A DNA stretch of 61,011 bases from Actinomycetota bacterium (GTDB lineage Bacteria > Actinomycetota > Acidimicrobiia > Acidimicrobiales > VFJN01): the NCBI GenBank assembly GCA_009886035.1, contig VFJN01000084.1, positions 1 to 61,011 on the forward strand, given 5' to 3'. A program made the position numbers and the translations under genes. Numbering within the stretch: position 1 is the stretch's first letter; every line of letters begins with the position of its first letter. The notes under the pieces are model-generated. The model worked only from the letters and a program-made list of their open reading frames with translations. It had not been told where the DNA came from and did no database searches. Positions 37,550 to 46,281 of this stretch are shown piece after piece.

Positions 37550-38512
37550 GTGCTTCGTATCCGCCGGTACCTCGTCGCCGTCTGGCGGGGCCCGATCCGC
37601 CCCGAGACCTACCGAGTGATCACCGCCGCCGCGCTGGTGGCGGTATGCGCCATCATCGTGTCGGGGGCCGCCGTTCGGCTCACCGGCTCGGGAATGGGGT
37701 GTCCCACCTGGCCGTCGTGCGAGAGCGGTTCGCTCGTCCCCCGCGGGGCTACCGGCGGCCATGGATGGATTGAGTTCGTGAACCGCACCTTCACCGGCGC
37801 GGTGTCGGTGGCGGTGGCCATTGCGGTGCTCGGCTCTCATCGCCGCCAACCGCGCCGGAGAGACCTCATCTTCTGGTCGTGGGGCCTCGTGGCCGGGGTG
37901 CTGGCCCAGGCTCTGCTCGGCGGAATGGTCGTGCTTCTCCACGTCACCCCGATCGCCGTGGCGGGTCACTACCTCCTCTCGGCCGTCCTGGTGGCCAACG
38001 CGGTAATCCTCCACCACAAGGCCAGCGAGCCCGATGGCCCGCGGCGAGCCCGGGCCACCCCGAGCCTCATGGCGCGCTCGCGCGTGCTGGTGGGCCTCGC
38101 CGGGTTAGTCCTGCTGACCGGAACCGTCGTCACCGGCAGCGGGCCCCACAGCGGCGACACGGCCGCCGACCGCCTTCCCTTTATGGTTTCCACCGTTGCT
38201 CGGATACACAGCCTCACCGTCTGGGCCTTCCTGCTCACCGCGGTGATCGTGCTGCGCATGGTGACCGCCGGCGATGCGGCGGCGTCCACCGTTGGCCGAG
38301 GCCGCCTGCTCGTGGGCGCGATCCTGGCCCAGGGACTGCTCGGCTATGTGCAGTACTTTGCGGGGGTGCCGGAGATCCTCGTGGGAGCTCACGTGGCCGG
38401 CTCAGTGCTCGTCTGGGTAGCTGCTCTCCGCTTCTACCTCGCCCTTACCGAGCCGATCCCCACCATCACCCCACCGGCCCTGCCGCGCCCGCTGGCCCCG
38501 GTGGTGGGCTGA
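37550..38512 (+). CDS. ctaA: COX15/CtaA heme A synthase family (Rv1456c-like)
   Basis: [29 protein letters not shown], conserved His; TAGCCT-N7-GTG. Confidence 0.85.
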   Translation: MLRIRRYLVAVWRGPIRPETYRVITAAALVAVCAIIVSGAAVRLTGSGMGCPTWPSCESGSLVPRGATGGHGWIEFVNRTFTGAVSVAVAIAVLGSHRRQPRRRDLIFWSWGLVAGVLAQALLGGMVVLLHVTPIAVAGHYLLSAVLVANAVILHHKASEPDGPRRARATPSLMARSRVLVGLAGLVLLTGTVVTGSGPHSGDTAADRLPFMVSTVARIHSLTVWAFLLTAVIVLRMVTAGDAAASTVGRGRLLVGAILAQGLLGYVQYFAGVPEILVGAHVAGSVLVWVAALRFYLALTEPIPTITPPALPRPLAPVVG

Positions 38513-38817
38513 TGGTCGCTCCCACCCCGGCGCCCGCCCCCTCCGAGGTTTCCCAACCCGTTGATGACACCCGCACCAAACCCGACCAACCGTGGATCGT
38601 GCTGGTGTGGAACGACCCCATCAACCTGATGTCCTACGTCGCCTTCGTGTTGCAAAAGTTGTTCGGCTACTCGAGGGAGAAAGCCGACGGCCTCATGCTC
38701 CAAGTCCACCATGAGGGCAGAGCGGTGGTGGCCAACGGTCCCCGGGAAACATGCGAACTCCACGTGTTCCGGCTCCATGAACACGGCCTGTGGGCCACCA
38801 TGCAGCACGACCTGTGA
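38512..38817 (+). CDS. clpS: ATP-dependent Clp protease adaptor ClpS
   Basis: [26 protein letters not shown]. Confidence 0.93.
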   Translation: MVAPTPAPAPSEVSQPVDDTRTKPDQPWIVLVWNDPINLMSYVAFVLQKLFGYSREKADGLMLQVHHEGRAVVANGPRETCELHVFRLHEHGLWATMQHDL

Positions 38818-39320
38818 TGGCTCGATTCCGCCGTCGCGTCACCCGCACCCGGCGGGGCACCTACCAAATACGTCTCCCTCAAGGCGAAAAGGACCTACTG
38901 GAGAACCTGGCTACTCAGTTGCGCACCATGCTTTCCCTCGGCACAAGTGATCCCGCCCTGCGTCGCCTGTTCCCCACCGCCTATCACGAGGACGTCGAGC
39001 GTGATCGCGAGTATCAGCAACTCGTGCGCGACGAACTCGTCGATCGCCGGCTGGCGGCGCTCACCACCGTGGAAGAAACCTCTGCTGTGCAGGAGGTCAC
39101 CGAGGAGCAACTTGCCCACTGGCTCACCGGGCTCAACGACTTACGACTCGTCCTCGGCACCCGCCTGGACGTGAGCGAGGACACCGACGGGACCGACGGT
39201 GACGACGACGATCCCGACGTGACCGCCCGTTCCATCTATGACTACTTGGGTTTCCTCCTGACCGAGATAGTCGACGCTCTCGCCGAAGGGCTCCCGCCCT
39301 CCGTCGAATCCGATATTTGA
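38817..39320 (+). CDS. DUF2017 family protein
   Basis: DPALRRLFPTAY, LNDLRLVLGTRL; follows clpS. Confidence 0.85.
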   Translation: MARFRRRVTRTRRGTYQIRLPQGEKDLLENLATQLRTMLSLGTSDPALRRLFPTAYHEDVERDREYQQLVRDELVDRRLAALTTVEETSAVQEVTEEQLAHWLTGLNDLRLVLGTRLDVSEDTDGTDGDDDDPDVTARSIYDYLGFLLTEIVDALAEGLPPSVESDI

Positions 39321-39371
39321 GGGAGGGGACGCCGCTGCTAGGGTTTGCCGCCCCTACCCACAACGGGCCCA

Positions 39372-39444
39372 GCCCCCATCGTCTAGCGGCCTAGGACACC
39401 GGCCTTTCACGCCGGCAGCACGGGTTCGAATCCCGTTGGGGGTG
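39372..39444 (+). tRNA. tRNA-Glu(UUC)
   Basis: Cloverleaf, loop CTTTCAC; no encoded CCA. Confidence 0.95.
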
Positions 39445-39473
39445 CGGAAAATGCAAAATAGTGAAATCACCAC

Positions 39474-39548
39474 GGTCCCGTGGTGCAGTTTGGAGTGCAC
39501 GCCGGCCTGTCAAGCCGGAGGTCGCGGGTTCAAATCCCGTCGGGACCG
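39474..39548 (+). tRNA. tRNA-Asp(GUC)
   Basis: Cloverleaf, loop CTGTCAA; no encoded CCA. Confidence 0.95.
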
Positions 39549-39559
39549 CTGAAGTTCGA

Positions 39560-39632
39560 GGTCGGGTAGCTCAGTTGGCAGAGCGCGCGCCTGAAAAGCG
39601 TGAGGTCACCGGATCGACGCCGGTTCCGACCA
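39560..39632 (+). tRNA. tRNA-Phe(GAA)
   Basis: Cloverleaf, loop CTGAAAA; T-loop ATCGACG. Confidence 0.93.
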
Positions 39633-39640
39633 CTCGAGAA

Positions 39641-39675
39641 ACCACCGGCCAGGAGCCTCGCTCCTGGCCGGTGGT
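39641..39675. terminator. 16-bp hairpin after the tRNA cluster (possibly bidirectional)
   Basis: ACCACCGGCCAGGAGC-CTC-GCTCCTGGCCGGTGGT. Confidence 0.7.
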
Positions 39676-39692
39676 CTTGGTTCTCCCCCGCA

Positions 39693-40826
39693 TCAGCGGG
39701 TCAGGAGGCGGCGAGCAGGCTTCTCGATAAATCGTCGGCTCACTTCGCCCGCCACAAACGCGCCGGCCAGCGCCAGGCCAATCCCAACGGCGGCCACGAT
39801 CGGGGGGCCCTGCAGGACAGGACGCAACAGGCGCAACACCTGCAGGTGCCAGAGATAGAAGCCGTAGGAGGCCGCCGCCAACGCCAGCAGCCACCGATGC
39901 TCAAGCCACCGATGCCGGGCGGTGCCCAAAGCCAGCGGGGCGAGGAGCAAGAAGCCCACCAATATCTGCCCGAAGGACTGAGCCATCCGCTCCGGCCCTG
40001 GCCCGAAGGCCGGAGCGGTAGTACTGGGGCGCAACACCACCGCCATCGTGATGAACGTCGCCACCCCCAGCGCGCCGCACAGGCGCGGGTGGGCGGCCAG
40101 GCGTTGGATCCCTCGGGGCACGGCGCCCAGCCAGGTGGCGTAAGGCCCATCGGCCTCGGCGGCCGCCAGGAGCATCCCCACCGCGAACGTCGGGAGAAAT
40201 GGTGGTAGCACCCGCAACGGAGCGGGCGTGGGGCCCAGCGAGGTCACCACGATGGCGAGGCCACCAATCGCCACCATGGCCAGACACAAGCCAACCCATG
40301 CATCAAGTCGCGGGCGTCGTTTCAGCACGGCCAAAGCGGCCAAGGGCACCACCAGGACATAGAAAGAAACCTCCACCACCAGCGTCCAAGACAACCGCAA
40401 TCCGGTGCCACCCGGGTTGGCGAACCAGCTGTCCACCAGAAACCCCTGCTTGAGCCACCCGCTCACACCGTCGACCGTGCCGATCCCCAGCAGTACCGCC
40501 CCCGCCAGGGCGAGCAGGTACGCCGGCCAGATGCGGGCGACCCGGCGGCGCCAAAAATCAACGAGGCGCACCGGAGGGCTGCCCGCCGCGGCATGAGCCA
40601 CCAGAGGACGCGCCACCAGGAAGCCCGAGAGGATGAAAAAGATCTCCACACCGATGTCGGCATGCCCGAACAGGCGACTCAGCGGACCTAACGCCGGAGT
40701 GCGCCAACTGGCGTGGAAAAAAAAGACCGACAGGGTGGCGATCGCGCGCGCCCCGTCTAGTCCGGCCACCTTGGCCGAGGCGCCGGCGGCAACTTCGGAA
40801 CGCTCGCTAGAGGATGCATCGGACAC
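39693..40826 (-). CDS. Acyltransferase-3 (OafA-like) membrane O-acyltransferase
   Basis: LDGARAIA, GVEIFFILSGFL, RRVARIWP, SWTLVVEVSFY, SYGFYLWH. Confidence 0.9.
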   Translation of the reverse strand: MSDASSSERSEVAAGASAKVAGLDGARAIATLSVFFFHASWRTPALGPLSRLFGHADIGVEIFFILSGFLVARPLVAHAAAGSPPVRLVDFWRRRVARIWPAYLLALAGAVLLGIGTVDGVSGWLKQGFLVDSWFANPGGTGLRLSWTLVVEVSFYVLVVPLAALAVLKRRPRLDAWVGLCLAMVAIGGLAIVVTSLGPTPAPLRVLPPFLPTFAVGMLLAAAEADGPYATWLGAVPRGIQRLAAHPRLCGALGVATFITMAVVLRPSTTAPAFGPGPERMAQSFGQILVGFLLLAPLALGTARHRWLEHRWLLALAAASYGFYLWHLQVLRLLRPVLQGPPIVAAVGIGLALAGAFVAGEVSRRFIEKPARRLLTR

Positions 40827-40911
40827 AACCGCCCATGATACAAACGGAACCCCATCCCCCATCGCCCCTTCACCCGCCGCGCCCGGTGGCCGCAGCGGGC
40901 AGACTCAGACG

Positions 40912-42201
40912 ATGAGACGTCTCGTTGGATGGGTCGTGCGATTCGCGTCGATCATGGCGCTGCGCCGGGTGGAGGTGGCGGGTCGGTCGCATATCCCCGC
41001 CGGGCGGCCCGTGTTGGTGGTCTCGAACCACTTCAACGGAGTCATCGACCCGGTGGTGCTGACCGTCGCCCTCCGGCATCTTCCTCGTTTTATCGCCAAG
41101 GACGGCCTGGCCAAGTTGCCGGTGGTGGGCTTCTTGCTGCGCTCGGCCGGTGTGGTGTTCGTGCACCGGCAGGTGGACCGCGGGAGCGCGCCGGGCAACA
41201 CCGACGCCTTCCGCGAATGCCACGAGGCCCTCCGGAAAGCCGATGTGGTGGCAATCTTCCCCGAGGGCACCACGCACGACCGCCCCCGCATGGACCCGAT
41301 CAAGACCGGGGCAGCCCGCATCGCGCTCGGGGCCCGGGCCGCGGGCGCGACCGGGCTGGTCATCCTTCCCATCGGCCTCACCTTTCCCGACAAGATCGCG
41401 CTGCGGGTGTCGGCTCTGGTGCAGATCGGCCTGCCGATCGAACTCGACGAAGCCATCGCCCCTGGCGTCGGGCCCGACGATCACGAGGCCGTGCGCCACC
41501 TCACCGCCACCATCGACGCCGGCTTGCGCGATATCAGCCCCAACTTCCCGGATGTTGAAACGGCCATAGCCCTCGATCAGGCCGCCCACATAGCCCTCAC
41601 CAGCGTCGACCGGCCGGACCAGTCCCTCGTGGATCGATACGCCCTGGCCCGATACCTCGGCACCGTGGCGGAGCATCACCAGCAAACCATCCGCCGAGAA
41701 GTCGGTCGTTACAACACGATCCTCACCGGCCTGAGCCTCACCGACGAGGATGTGATCCGGCCCACCAATCCGGCCCGGCTCTTTCGGTCCATCATCATCA
41801 TTGCCGCCATCGTGGCCCTCCTCGGCGGGTTGGTGGCCGCCACCGCCATTGTGAATGTGTGGCCAGCGGGGTTGGTGGTTATCGCCAGCAGCGTGGTGAA
41901 GACCCCCGTGAGCAAAGGGACCGTCCGCATCGTCGTGGGACTAGTGGCGTTCCCCACCGCCTGGATTATCGCCGGTGTCCTCGGGGCCGACGGGTTCGTC
42001 GCCGCCCTGCTTCTCGCACTGACCTCAGCGGCGGGCGCCGTCGCCGCTATCTGGCTGGTGGAGCGAGCCATCGCCCTCAGCCACATGCTTATGCGGTGGC
42101 GAGCACAGCGCGAACGGATCGGCACCGTGGAGTGGACGGAGCCCGTGCGGGCCGACCTGGTGGCGGCGGTTTCGGCGGCCTCCCCCGAGGACACCCCATG
42201 A
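40912..42201 (+). CDS. Lysophospholipid acyltransferase (PlsC-like) with C-terminal TMs
   Basis: NHFNGVID, IFPEGTT, KTGAAR. Confidence 0.88.
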   Translation: MRRLVGWVVRFASIMALRRVEVAGRSHIPAGRPVLVVSNHFNGVIDPVVLTVALRHLPRFIAKDGLAKLPVVGFLLRSAGVVFVHRQVDRGSAPGNTDAFRECHEALRKADVVAIFPEGTTHDRPRMDPIKTGAARIALGARAAGATGLVILPIGLTFPDKIALRVSALVQIGLPIELDEAIAPGVGPDDHEAVRHLTATIDAGLRDISPNFPDVETAIALDQAAHIALTSVDRPDQSLVDRYALARYLGTVAEHHQQTIRREVGRYNTILTGLSLTDEDVIRPTNPARLFRSIIIIAAIVALLGGLVAATAIVNVWPAGLVVIASSVVKTPVSKGTVRIVVGLVAFPTAWIIAGVLGADGFVAALLLALTSAAGAVAAIWLVERAIALSHMLMRWRAQRERIGTVEWTEPVRADLVAAVSAASPEDTP

Positions 42202-42734
42202 GGGAGCACGTGGCCCGTAACGATTGCGAAGCGATCCGCCCCGGGTGGATCGGCCAGCCGTACAACACCGCCTCGAGCCTGGCCTTCGTGCTGGCGGCGG
42301 TCCCCCTGTGGCGAGCGGCTCGACAACCCGGCGGCGCAGCCTGGGCCGGGGTGGCGGTGGCGGCCGCGTTCGAAGGCATCGGCAGTGCTGGCTACCACGG
42401 CCCGGGAGGACCGGTGTCCAAGTTCATCCACGATGCAGGCCTCGCCGTCATCGCCGTCACCACCGGGAGGGCCCTCATCAGCGATCCTCGAGCCCGCCTG
42501 CGGCCTCTGTCGGCTGGGTTGGCGGCGGCGGCCCTCCTGCTCCATACGCTGAGCCGCACCGGAGGACCGCTGTGTGGACACCAGCGCCAACTGCCGGGCC
42601 ATGCCGTGTTCCACCTACTGGCGGCGGCGGCCTTGGCGAGCGCACCCCCCCGGACCGCAAGCCGGTCCCCGCGCTCCGGCTCATCGGTAGGGCCCACCGA
42701 GGCGGGGCCGCCACTCGGATCGTCGCTGCCGTAA
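42198..42734 (+). CDS. Ceramidase/CREST-like membrane hydrolase
   Basis: DCE...QPYNTASSLAF, SAGYH, HD, HAVFH; ATGA coupling. Confidence 0.65.
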   Translation: MREHVARNDCEAIRPGWIGQPYNTASSLAFVLAAVPLWRAARQPGGAAWAGVAVAAAFEGIGSAGYHGPGGPVSKFIHDAGLAVIAVTTGRALISDPRARLRPLSAGLAAAALLLHTLSRTGGPLCGHQRQLPGHAVFHLLAAAALASAPPRTASRSPRSGSSVGPTEAGPPLGSSLP

Positions 42735-42760
42735 TCGGCGAAGCGTCGGGATGGTGATCT

Positions 42761-42789
42761 TCTCACCTCCTTCACAGGAAACTCACAGG
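42761..42789 (+). promoter_or_regulatory. PhoP/MprA-like direct repeats (11-bp period)
   Basis: TCTCACC/TCACAGG/TCACAGG at 42761/42772/42783. Confidence 0.7.
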
Positions 42790-42810
42790 GATTGGCGCGA
42801 TGCTTCCGCA

Positions 42811-43494
42811 GTGGCCCCGATCCGAGTGTTGCTCGTCGACGACGAAGACAACCTTCGTTCGATGCTCGAGGCCGCCTTGAGCCACTCCGGCTTCGACGTG
42901 CACCCGGTGACCAACGGCCGAGCCGCGCTGGAGGCGGTGCCCATCGTGCAGCCCGACCTCATCGTCCTCGACGTGATGCTGCCGGACCTCGACGGATTCG
43001 ACGTGTGCAAGCGTCTGCGGAGCTCCGGCGACCGAACACCGATCCTCTTTCTCACCGCTCGCGATGCCACCGAGGATCGTGTGCACGGGCTCACCCTCGG
43101 GGGCGACGACTACCTCATCAAGCCCTTCAGCCTCGATGAACTGGTAGCCCGGATCACCGCAGTGCTGCGGCGCAGCGGGCTCGACCGCACCAGTGAGGAT
43201 CTCCGCTGCGCCGATCTGGAGATGGACGACGAAGCCCACCTCGTGCTGCGGGCTGGCCGCGAGGTGCAACTCTCCCCCACCGAGTTCAACCTGCTGCGTT
43301 ACCTGCTCGTCAACCAGGGACGAGTGGTGTCCAAGGCCCAGATCCTGGACCACGTATGGGACTACGACTTCGGAGGCGACGGGGGTGTGGTGGAGACCTA
43401 CATCGGCTACCTCCGCCGAAAGCTCGACACCTCCGAGCCCCATCTCATCCAAACGATCCGCGGCGTGGGCTACACGCTGCGGGTGACGCAATAG
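42811..43494 (+). CDS. OmpR/PhoB-family response regulator (PhoP/TcrX-like)
   Basis: VDDE, LDVMLP, KPF, VETYIGYLRRK, TIRGVGY. Confidence 0.95.
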   Translation: MAPIRVLLVDDEDNLRSMLEAALSHSGFDVHPVTNGRAALEAVPIVQPDLIVLDVMLPDLDGFDVCKRLRSSGDRTPILFLTARDATEDRVHGLTLGGDDYLIKPFSLDELVARITAVLRRSGLDRTSEDLRCADLEMDDEAHLVLRAGREVQLSPTEFNLLRYLLVNQGRVVSKAQILDHVWDYDFGGDGGVVETYIGYLRRKLDTSEPHLIQTIRGVGYTLRVTQ

Positions 43495-43500
43495 CCCACC

Positions 43501-44901
43501 ATGTCCCTTCGGATTCGGCTGGTCCTATCGGCGGTGCTCATCGCGCTCGTACTGGCGATAGCGGCAGTCACCATCGCCCGCACCACCGAAAACCAATTGA
43601 TGGGACAGGTCGATACGCAGTTACGGGGGGCCAGTTCCCGAACCGGCGCTCCTCCCCGGCGGGCCGACCCAAGCGCCGATAACCCCGACCGGTTGAGTTC
43701 CCTCTACGTGGGGTTCGTAGATGACGACGGAGTTCTTCGCACCGCATTCACCCCCAACCTGGCGACCGACGACGGCCCCATCCCGGTGCTGAACGCCACC
43801 GACCTCACCGCCATGAGGGACGGGGAGCTCATCACCGTTCCCAGCCGCCAGTCGACGGTGGAGTACCGGGCGCTCGCTCGCAATGGCCCCAACGGCACCA
43901 CGATTATTTTAGCCCTGCCGCTCGATGGTGTGGCCGAAGCGGTGAACCAGCTCATCGTGGTGGAACGAATGGCGGGCCTGGCAATCATACTGGTCCTGGC
44001 GCTCGTCACCACATGGGTGATCCGACTGGGCGTACGCCCGGTGCAGCGAATGACCGAAACCGCCAGTGCCATCGCAGCGGGCGACCTGAGCCAACGCGTT
44101 CCCGAGGGAAGCCCCGGCTCCGAGGCCGGCGAACTCGGCATCGCCCTCAACGCAATGCTCGGCCGCATCGAGGAAGCCTTTGAGCAGCGCCGCGCCTCCG
44201 AGGACCGGTTGCGGCAGTTCATAGCCGACGCGTCACATGAGTTGCGTACCCCCGTCACCACCATCCGCGGCTATGCCGAGCTCTACCGAACCGGAGGGCT
44301 GCCACAAGCCACCGACGTCGACGAGGCCATGCGCCGCACTGAGCAAGAGGCCATTCGCATGGGCTCCCTGGTGGATGACCTCCTCCATCTTGCCCGCCTC
44401 GACCAGGGTCGGCCCCTCGGCCGCCAACCGGTGGAGTTGAGCCAACTCGCCCACGACGTGGTGAACGACGCTCTGGCCGTGCATCCGAGCCGATCAATCA
44501 CGGTCATCGCCCCCGATCCGGTGACGGTGACCGGCGACGATGCTCGGCTCCGACAAGTGGTCTCTAACCTGCTCACCAACGCCGTCCTGCACGCCCCCGA
44601 TGCCACTATCGAGGTGCGGATCCAGGCCACCCCCGACGGCGCCCAGATCGAGGTGGCCGACGCCGGTCCCGGCCTGTCCGACGTCGATGCGGCTCGGGTC
44701 TTCGAACGCTTCTACCGGGCCGATGCATCGCGCGTCCGGCAGCAAGGCGGCAGCGGCCTGGGCCTTGCCATCGTGGAAGCCACCGTGCGCGCCCACGGTG
44801 GTGTCGTGTCGCTCACCACGGCACTCGGCCAGGGCACCACTGTTCGGGTGGACCTACCCCACCAGCCCCCACTGGACCACAATCCTCCGGTCGCCGACTA
44901 G
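43501..44901 (+). CDS. HAMP sensor histidine kinase
   Basis: Two TMs, ADASHELRTP, N-box, DAGPG, GSGLGL. Confidence 0.95.
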   Translation: MSLRIRLVLSAVLIALVLAIAAVTIARTTENQLMGQVDTQLRGASSRTGAPPRRADPSADNPDRLSSLYVGFVDDDGVLRTAFTPNLATDDGPIPVLNATDLTAMRDGELITVPSRQSTVEYRALARNGPNGTTIILALPLDGVAEAVNQLIVVERMAGLAIILVLALVTTWVIRLGVRPVQRMTETASAIAAGDLSQRVPEGSPGSEAGELGIALNAMLGRIEEAFEQRRASEDRLRQFIADASHELRTPVTTIRGYAELYRTGGLPQATDVDEAMRRTEQEAIRMGSLVDDLLHLARLDQGRPLGRQPVELSQLAHDVVNDALAVHPSRSITVIAPDPVTVTGDDARLRQVVSNLLTNAVLHAPDATIEVRIQATPDGAQIEVADAGPGLSDVDAARVFERFYRADASRVRQQGGSGLGLAIVEATVRAHGGVVSLTTALGQGTTVRVDLPHQPPLDHNPPVAD

Positions 44902-44955
44902 GCCGAACACCCGGGCGCACCGCGGTGGCCGACGCTGTGGGACTTAGTGGCGGAC

Positions 44956-44973
44956 TCTCAGGTTCCCTTCAGG
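44956..44973 (+). promoter_or_regulatory. Second direct-repeat box upstream of the exported-protein gene
   Basis: TCTCAGG/CTTCAGG with 11-bp period. Confidence 0.55.
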
Positions 44974-45017
44974 TGCACCAGGCAAGGTAACGCCGAACCA
45001 ACCACTAAGGAGTCCCC

Positions 45018-45755
45018 ATGAAGACCAACGGAAAGATCCTCGGAGCCATCGCCTTCTCCCTCGCCCTCGCGGGCGGAGGGGTGGCGGGAGCGGTGATCGG
45101 TGTGCCCAGCCTCTCCGGAGCGCAGAGCGAGCCCACCGAAACAACCCCGGCCAACCACAACCGCCCGGCGCGAGCGGACCGCCTCGCCACCGCGGCCGAA
45201 GCCATCGGCATCAGCACCGACGACCTCCGAGCGGCGCTGAAGGGTGGGCAATCCATCGCCGAGGTGGCCGAGGCCAACGGGGTAGAGGCCCAGACCGTGA
45301 TCGACGCCCTGGTGGCCGAGGCCACAACTCGTCTCGAGGGCCTCCTCGCCGAACTGCCCGACCGCGTCGCCGAAGCCGTGAACCGTAAGGGCCCGCCCGA
45401 CCATGAAGGCCCCGGTCACGGTGGCCCCGGTCAAGGTGGCCGGCGCGGACCCGGCCTGGAGGCGGCGGCCCGCGCCATCGGCATCTCCGTCGAAGACCTC
45501 CGCACCGCCGTGAAGGGCGGCGACACCGTCGCCGAGGTGGCCGCCGCCAACAACGTTGAGGTGCAGACGGTGATCGACGCTCTCATCGCCGACGCCACCA
45601 CCCATCTCAACCAAGCCGTGGCCGACGGCCGCCTCAGCGAAGCCGACGCCGCCGAGCGGGCCGCCGACCTCAGCGAGCGGATCACCGCCATGGTGAACGG
45701 CACGATGAGCCCCGGTGGCCCCGGCCGCCAAGGACCCCCGCCGGCCATGAACTGA
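45018..45755 (+). CDS. Exported helical protein with two internal repeats
   Basis: Signal peptide; two copies of AAxAIGIS.xDLRxAxKGG...AEVA.AN.VE.QTVIDAL; TAAGGAG RBS. Confidence 0.8.
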   Translation: MKTNGKILGAIAFSLALAGGGVAGAVIGVPSLSGAQSEPTETTPANHNRPARADRLATAAEAIGISTDDLRAALKGGQSIAEVAEANGVEAQTVIDALVAEATTRLEGLLAELPDRVAEAVNRKGPPDHEGPGHGGPGQGGRRGPGLEAAARAIGISVEDLRTAVKGGDTVAEVAAANNVEVQTVIDALIADATTHLNQAVADGRLSEADAAERAADLSERITAMVNGTMSPGGPGRQGPPPAMN

Positions 45756-45766
45756 CCCACCTACCC

Positions 45767-45810
45767 GACGCGACAAGGGGGCGCCGACATCGGTGCCCCC
45801 TTGTCGCGTC
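45767..45810. terminator. Long hairpin between convergent genes
   Basis: GACGCGACAAGGGGGCGCCGA / TCGGTGCCCCCTTGTCGCGTC. Confidence 0.7.
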
Positions 45811-45835
45811 TACCCCCAGAACCGGCGGCGTACCG

Positions 45836-46237
45836 CTAGGACGACAACAGTGTTCCGACGTCGATGCTCACCAGCCAGAGCAGGGCCACCACAATCACGC
45901 TGGCCAGCACCGTGTAATGCCAGCGGTAGCGGTGATCGGCACGCCAGAAGCGGCGGACCGACGCAACATTGGCCACGATGGCGACCAACCCGACCACGAT
46001 GCCGAGCACCGGTCCGATGCCAAACTTCAGCCCCACCAGAGGGGCCAGGAAGGGCAAAAAGACGTAGGTGAGCAGGCACCTCGACGCCGAGATCAGCAGC
46101 GAGGTCTCCACCAAACCTTGGGCTGACGCGACCGAGGCGGGGGCCGCATCAACCGGCAGGCGCAGGAGATGCCGCATCCGACGATCACTGGCCGACCACT
46201 CGGCCACCGGGATGGTGGGAGCATCGACAGTGGGCAC
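45836..46237 (-). CDS. Hypothetical 3-TM membrane protein
   Basis: SASRCLLTYV..RRFWRADHRYRW; TATCCT-N6-GTG. Confidence 0.7.
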   Translation of the reverse strand: MPTVDAPTIPVAEWSASDRRMRHLLRLPVDAAPASVASAQGLVETSLLISASRCLLTYVFLPFLAPLVGLKFGIGPVLGIVVGLVAIVANVASVRRFWRADHRYRWHYTVLASVIVVALLWLVSIDVGTLLSS

Positions 46238-46281
46238 GGCGACAGGATAGCGCCGGTGATCCCGGGTACCCAGCCCAGGTC

